Source of the DNA: Squalus acanthias | Lineage: Eukaryota | NCBI GenBank assembly: GCA_030390025.1 | Contig: CM059432.1 | Coordinates: 150,104,001-150,168,000 of the forward strand | Length of the DNA: 64,000 nucleotides | Direction: 5' to 3' | Shown here: piece after piece, positions 62,290 to 64,000 of the stretch | Position numbering within the stretch: the stretch's first letter is position 1 | Layout of the letters: every line of letters begins with the position of its first letter | Notes under the pieces: generated by a model | The model's input: the letters and a program-made list of their open reading frames with translations, nothing else | Databases searched by the model: none | Told to the model about the DNA's origin: nothing | Program-made: the position numbers and the translations under genes

Positions 62290-63645
62290 TGAACATACGA
62301 CCATACATACAAACATATGAATTAGGAGCAGGAGTCGGCCACTCGGCCCCTCGAGCCTGCTCCGCCATTCAATAAGATCATGGCTGATCCGATTACTTCA
62401 CATTCCCGCCTACCCCCGATAACCTTTCACCCCCTTGCTTATCAAGAATCGATCTACCTCTGCCTTAAAAATATTCAAAGACTCTGCTTCCACCGCCCTC
62501 TGAGGAAGAGAGTTCCAAAGACTCACGACCCTCTGTGAGAAAAAATTTCTCCTCATCTCTGTCTTAAATGGGCGACCTCTTATTTTTAAACAGTGACCCC
62601 CTAGTTCTAGATTCTCCCACAAGAAGAAACATCCTCTCCACATCCACCCTGTCAAGACCCCTCAGGATCTTATGGGGGAGAAATTCAGTATCGCCCCATT
62701 TGGGGCGCAATTATCGGCCGGGCGCAAAGATTAGCGCCTGGCGCTAATTATCGCCACCGACTGCAAACTTGACTTTTATCGCCCCTGGAGGTGATTGGAG
62801 CGCTAAATCAGGCGCTTCACACCTGTCTTAAGGCGCAAAGGCCGAGGAGCGAGGCGCTACCTCAGAGCGCTGGCGAAGCTCATGTAATGTCAGTCAGCAA
62901 TGGAACACACACACAATGGCACAGGCCAGTTCTTAAAGGGGATGGTTAATCTTGCTTTCCATCCACATCCTGCTCATTGCATCCTTGAATCTCTGCCTGG
63001 AGAGACCTGCACATCAAATCTGCTGGAAAGAACAATGGAGAGTACCAGGCAAAGAGCTCAGAGTGCAGGACCAAAGTCTCTTCTAAATCGATACAAGGAA
63101 TGGCAAATCAAAATGAACCTGCAAAGTCCTGCTCAGTACCCCAAACTCCTTCACACAGCATTGAATCTCTCCAGAAGTCTCTCCCTCTCTCTCTCAGAAT
63201 GCGTAGTTCAAAAATGGCACCAACAATAAAAGGCAGGAAGCGGTCACCTTTAAATAGCACTCCCGCTTTCCCTTCATGACTGCTGAACGCTCCCCTCAAC
63301 CTGTCGTTGCTTGCGTCAGGCGGTAAGGCAGGGGGCGCCACTCAATATCTGCTCCGGGGCGATACCGGGGCGTTGCGCACTCGACTGACGTCACAATCTG
63401 CCGGCGCAGGAGATCGTGGTGGTAGTGTTTAGCGCCGCTGCAAAATGTCTAGTTAATTTCGCGAGCGGCGCAAACATGGCCGCGCCTGGGCGCCAGATGA
63501 TTTGCGCCCCATTAGCGCCCTCTTAAGGCGCTAACGGGAGGCGCAACCAACTGAATTTTTCCCCCTATATGTTTCAATCAAGTCTCCTCTTACTCTTCTA
63601 AACTCCAACGGATACAAGCCTAGCCTGTCCAACCTTTCCTCATGA
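62290..63645 (-). mobile_element. CR1 3' end interrupted by a MITE
   Basis: EERLDRLGLYPLEFRRVRGDLIETY | KIL...FFSQRVVSLWNSLP; 3' UTR. Confidence 0.88.
62674..63565 (-). mobile_element. 892-bp non-autonomous derivative of the 16884 Harbinger family, TSD TAT
   Basis: Right end is the reverse complement of about 16884-16948; left end is homologous to 20870-21134; tat on both sides. Confidence 0.92.
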
Positions 63646-64000
63646 ACAGGTCCCTCCAGCCACAGAACTGGTCCCAATGTCGCAGGAATCTGAAGCCCTC
63701 CCTCCTGCACCATGTCTCTACCCACGCATTAACCTGCCGTGTCTTCCTATTTCTACCCTCACTCGCGTGTGGCACTGGGAGTAATCCAGAGATTACTACC
63801 TTTGAGATCCTGCTTTCTAAATTCCTCCCTCGTTCCTTAAACTCTGACTGCAGTGTTTTGATAGGTTTACTCTGTGATCACTCTACTCACCTGCTTGTGT
63901 TGCTCAGATTTGTCAGTACAGTAGATTGATGGGAACTTTAAGCACACTCTGTCTCAATTTGCCAATCTTCTCACAAGACCATCCTTCGGAGAGTCCTTGA

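Larger units (their letters stand above)
59537..63850 (-). mobile_element. Decayed CR1 ORF1/ORF2-junction fragment split by a Harbinger and by another CR1
   Basis: GAITLLGVFYRP (near 59540), CVNAQSVVNKVGELQ..ITETW (61935-62153), ORF1 esterase KVVISGLLPVPHA (about 63760-63800). Confidence 0.8.

Overview
Eukaryotic, almost entirely repeat-derived DNA. It is most likely intronic or intergenic sequence from a cartilaginous fish (shark), inferred from a SacSINE1-like Deu-domain SINE and shark-type CR1 LINEs. No host protein-coding gene could be identified with confidence. The window is a deeply nested stack of transposable elements. (i) About 12 CR1 LINE copies, one essentially full length (SGNH-esterase ORF1 plus APE/RT ORF2). 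(ii) A near-intact PIF/Harbinger DNA transposon (16884-21134) with a DDE transposase and a convergent, intact three-exon Myb/SANT gene, plus four decayed relatives and about 9 MITEs with 3-bp TSDs. (iii) A young Neptune-type Penelope-like element with an intact RT + GIY-YIG ORF and minimal hammerhead ribozyme motifs in its pseudo-LTRs, plus several inverted PLE derivatives. (iv) L2 and other LINE fragments, SINEs and tandem repeats. The most striking unexplained signal: all four CR1 ORF1/ORF2 junctions end ORF1 with an in-frame U_UUA_AAC slippery heptamer directly before the stop. Where it can be checked, ORF2 lies in the -1 frame with no AUG before its endonuclease domain. This suggests -1 programmed ribosomal frameshifting that would make an ORF1-ORF2 fusion protein. 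All coordinates and alignments were read by eye; boundaries of decayed elements are approximate.
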